A model generated the notes under the pieces. It saw only the letters and a program-made list of their open reading frames with translations, was not told the DNA's origin and searched no databases. A stretch of DNA of 64,000 nt from an uncultured Spirochaetota bacterium. Its GTDB lineage: Bacteria; Spirochaetota; UBA4802; UBA5550. Positions 62,451 to 64,000 of this stretch are shown piece after piece (position 1 is the stretch's first letter; each line of letters opens with the position of its first letter). The DNA is taken from positions 224,001 to 288,000 of the forward strand of contig CAWHAA010000006.1 in NCBI GenBank assembly GCA_963827275.1, written 5' to 3'. The position numbers and the translations under genes were made by a program.

Positions 62451-64000
62451 TTAATTTTCGTCGGCGGATTTTTCTTCATATTTAACCTTAACCGGCTCCT
62501 GTGGTTTGGTCTTTTCCTCGATGCCCTGTGGCGGCGGGAGCTTTTTACCCTCCATGATAAGGTTAATCTCCGCCCCGGTCAGCGTCTCGCGCTCAATGAG
62601 GCTCTGAGCGATACGGTCGAGCTTGCCCATGTTTTTCTTCAGCAGGCGCTGGGCGTTTAGCTTGCATGCCCCCATGATGGCGTTCACCTCGTCGTCGATC
62701 ACCTGCGCGGTTGCCTCGCTGTAGTCCCGGTGCTGCGATATCTCCCTTCCGAGAAAAATCTGTTCGTTACGCTTGCCGAAGGTGATCGGCCCGAGCTTTT
62801 CGCTCATGCCCCATTCACAGACCATGTTGCGCGCTATATTTGACGCCCGTTCAAGATCGCTGCTCGAACCGGTGGTGACCTCCTTGAACTTTATCGCTTC
62901 GGCGAGGTGCCCGCCGAAAAGAACCGTTATCTGGTTCAGCAGGTATTTTTGTGAATTCAACCGGCGGTCTTCCTTGGGAAGCTGCATCGTGATGCCGAGC
63001 GCCCTTCCCCGCGGGATTATCGTCACCTTGTGTACCGGGTCAGAACCGGTCAGGACGCCGAGTATCGCGTGACCGCCCTCGTGGTAGGCGGTTATCTCCT
63101 TTTCCTTGTCGGAAATGAGTATTGACCGCCGTTCGGGTCCCATCAGCACCTTGTCTTTCGCGTCCTCCATTTCCTCCATGCTCACCCGCTTCTTGTTCCG
63201 TCGCGCCGCGAGGAGCGCCGATTCGTTGATGAGGTTCGCCAGGTCAGCGCCGGTAAAGCCCGGCGTTCCCCGGGCGATTATCTTGAGGTCCACTTCACGC
63301 GAAAGGGGTATCTTCTTGGAGTGCACGGCGAGGATCTTTTCCCGTCCCCTGACGTCAGGGATGTCCACAACCACCTCGCGGTCAAAACGTCCCGGCCGGA
63401 GCAGCGCCGGATCAAGGACATCGGGCCTGTTGGTCGCAGCAATGATAATAACGCCCTCATTGGTCTCAAAACCGTCCATTTCAACCAGCAGCTGGTTCAG
63501 GGTCTGTTCGCGCTCATCATGACCGCCGCCAAGCCCCGCGCCGCGGAGGCGTCCCACGGCGTCTATCTCGTCAATGAAGATGATGCAGGGAGCGTTCTTT
63601 TTTCCCTGGTCAAACAGGTCACGCACGCGTGACGCGCCGACGCCGACGAACATCTCCACGAAATCCGACCCGCTTATTGAAAAGAACGGCACCCCCGCCT
63701 CACCGGCGATGGCGCGCGCCAGGAGGGTCTTGCCGGTGCCCGGAGGGCCCATGAGAAGAACGCCGGTCGGGATCTTCGCGCCTATGTTGATGAATTTTTT
63801 CGGTTCTTTCAGGAATTCAACGATTTCCTTAAGCTCCTCCTTTGCCTCATCCACGCCCGCCACGTCGGCGAAGGTCACTTTCTTTTTTGTTTCCGGATTG
63901 AGCTTCGCCTTGCTTTTACCGAAGGAGAGCGCCTTGTTCCCTGTCGATTGTATCTGCCGGATCATGATGAACCAGATGAATCCGAAAAAGAGGAGCCAGG
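62451..64000 (-). CDS. ftsH: ATP-dependent zinc metalloprotease FtsH (5' end outside the window)
   Basis: TM2 [40 protein letters not shown]. Confidence 0.98.
   Translation of the reverse strand, partial: WLLFFGFIWFIMIRQIQSTGNKALSFGKSKAKLNPETKKKVTFADVAGVDEAKEELKEIVEFLKEPKKFINIGAKIPTGVLLMGPPGTGKTLLARAIAGEAGVPFFSISGSDFVEMFVGVGASRVRDLFDQGKKNAPCIIFIDEIDAVGRLRGAGLGGGHDEREQTLNQLLVEMDGFETNEGVIIIAATNRPDVLDPALLRPGRFDREVVVDIPDVRGREKILAVHSKKIPLSREVDLKIIARGTPGFTGADLANLINESALLAARRNKKRVSMEEMEDAKDKVLMGPERRSILISDKEKEITAYHEGGHAILGVLTGSDPVHKVTIIPRGRALGITMQLPKEDRRLNSQKYLLNQITVLFGGHLAEAIKFKEVTTGSSSDLERASNIARNMVCEWGMSEKLGPITFGKRNEQIFLGREISQHRDYSEATAQVIDDEVNAIMGACKLNAQRLLKKNMGKLDRIAQSLIERETLTGAEINLIMEGKKLPPPQGIEEKTKPQEPVKVKYEEKSADEN

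Overview
This is a 64-kb, mostly housekeeping chromosomal segment of a probably anaerobic bacterium. Gene content (Len/DUF1554-like lipoprotein, FecR-cyclase operon, rplU-prp-rpmA with a short L27) suggests Spirochaetota of a Leptospira-like lineage; this is inference. Core genes include recO, eno, hisBHA, rplU-prp-rpmA-obgE-proB, ispF, recJ, rnhA, queA, xerD, recG, ftsH and three tRNAs. A complete siroheme-dependent heme cluster is present (hemC, cobA/hemD, hemB, hemL, hemA, ahbD, fused ahbAB, ahbC, sirC/cysG-N). No mobile elements, prophage genes or CRISPR arrays were seen. Best candidates for undescribed biology: (1) a cysteinyl-tRNA synthetase paralog with a rebuilt Zn/amino-acid pocket and no anticodon-binding domain, directly upstream of an ABC exporter and a secreted protein with three CX3C-X10/11-CX3C hairpins; (2) a three-gene trans-envelope module of outer-membrane barrel, FecR/FN3 protein and adenylate cyclase with an N-terminal pseudo-phosphatase domain. 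Also noted are several apparent pseudoenzymes, a Crp/Fnr-type box in the heme promoter, and a structured leader before an RRM gene. Seven frameshifts in five genes are all +1 insertions and are probably sequencing artefacts. All calls come from motif recognition by eye; no database search was run.
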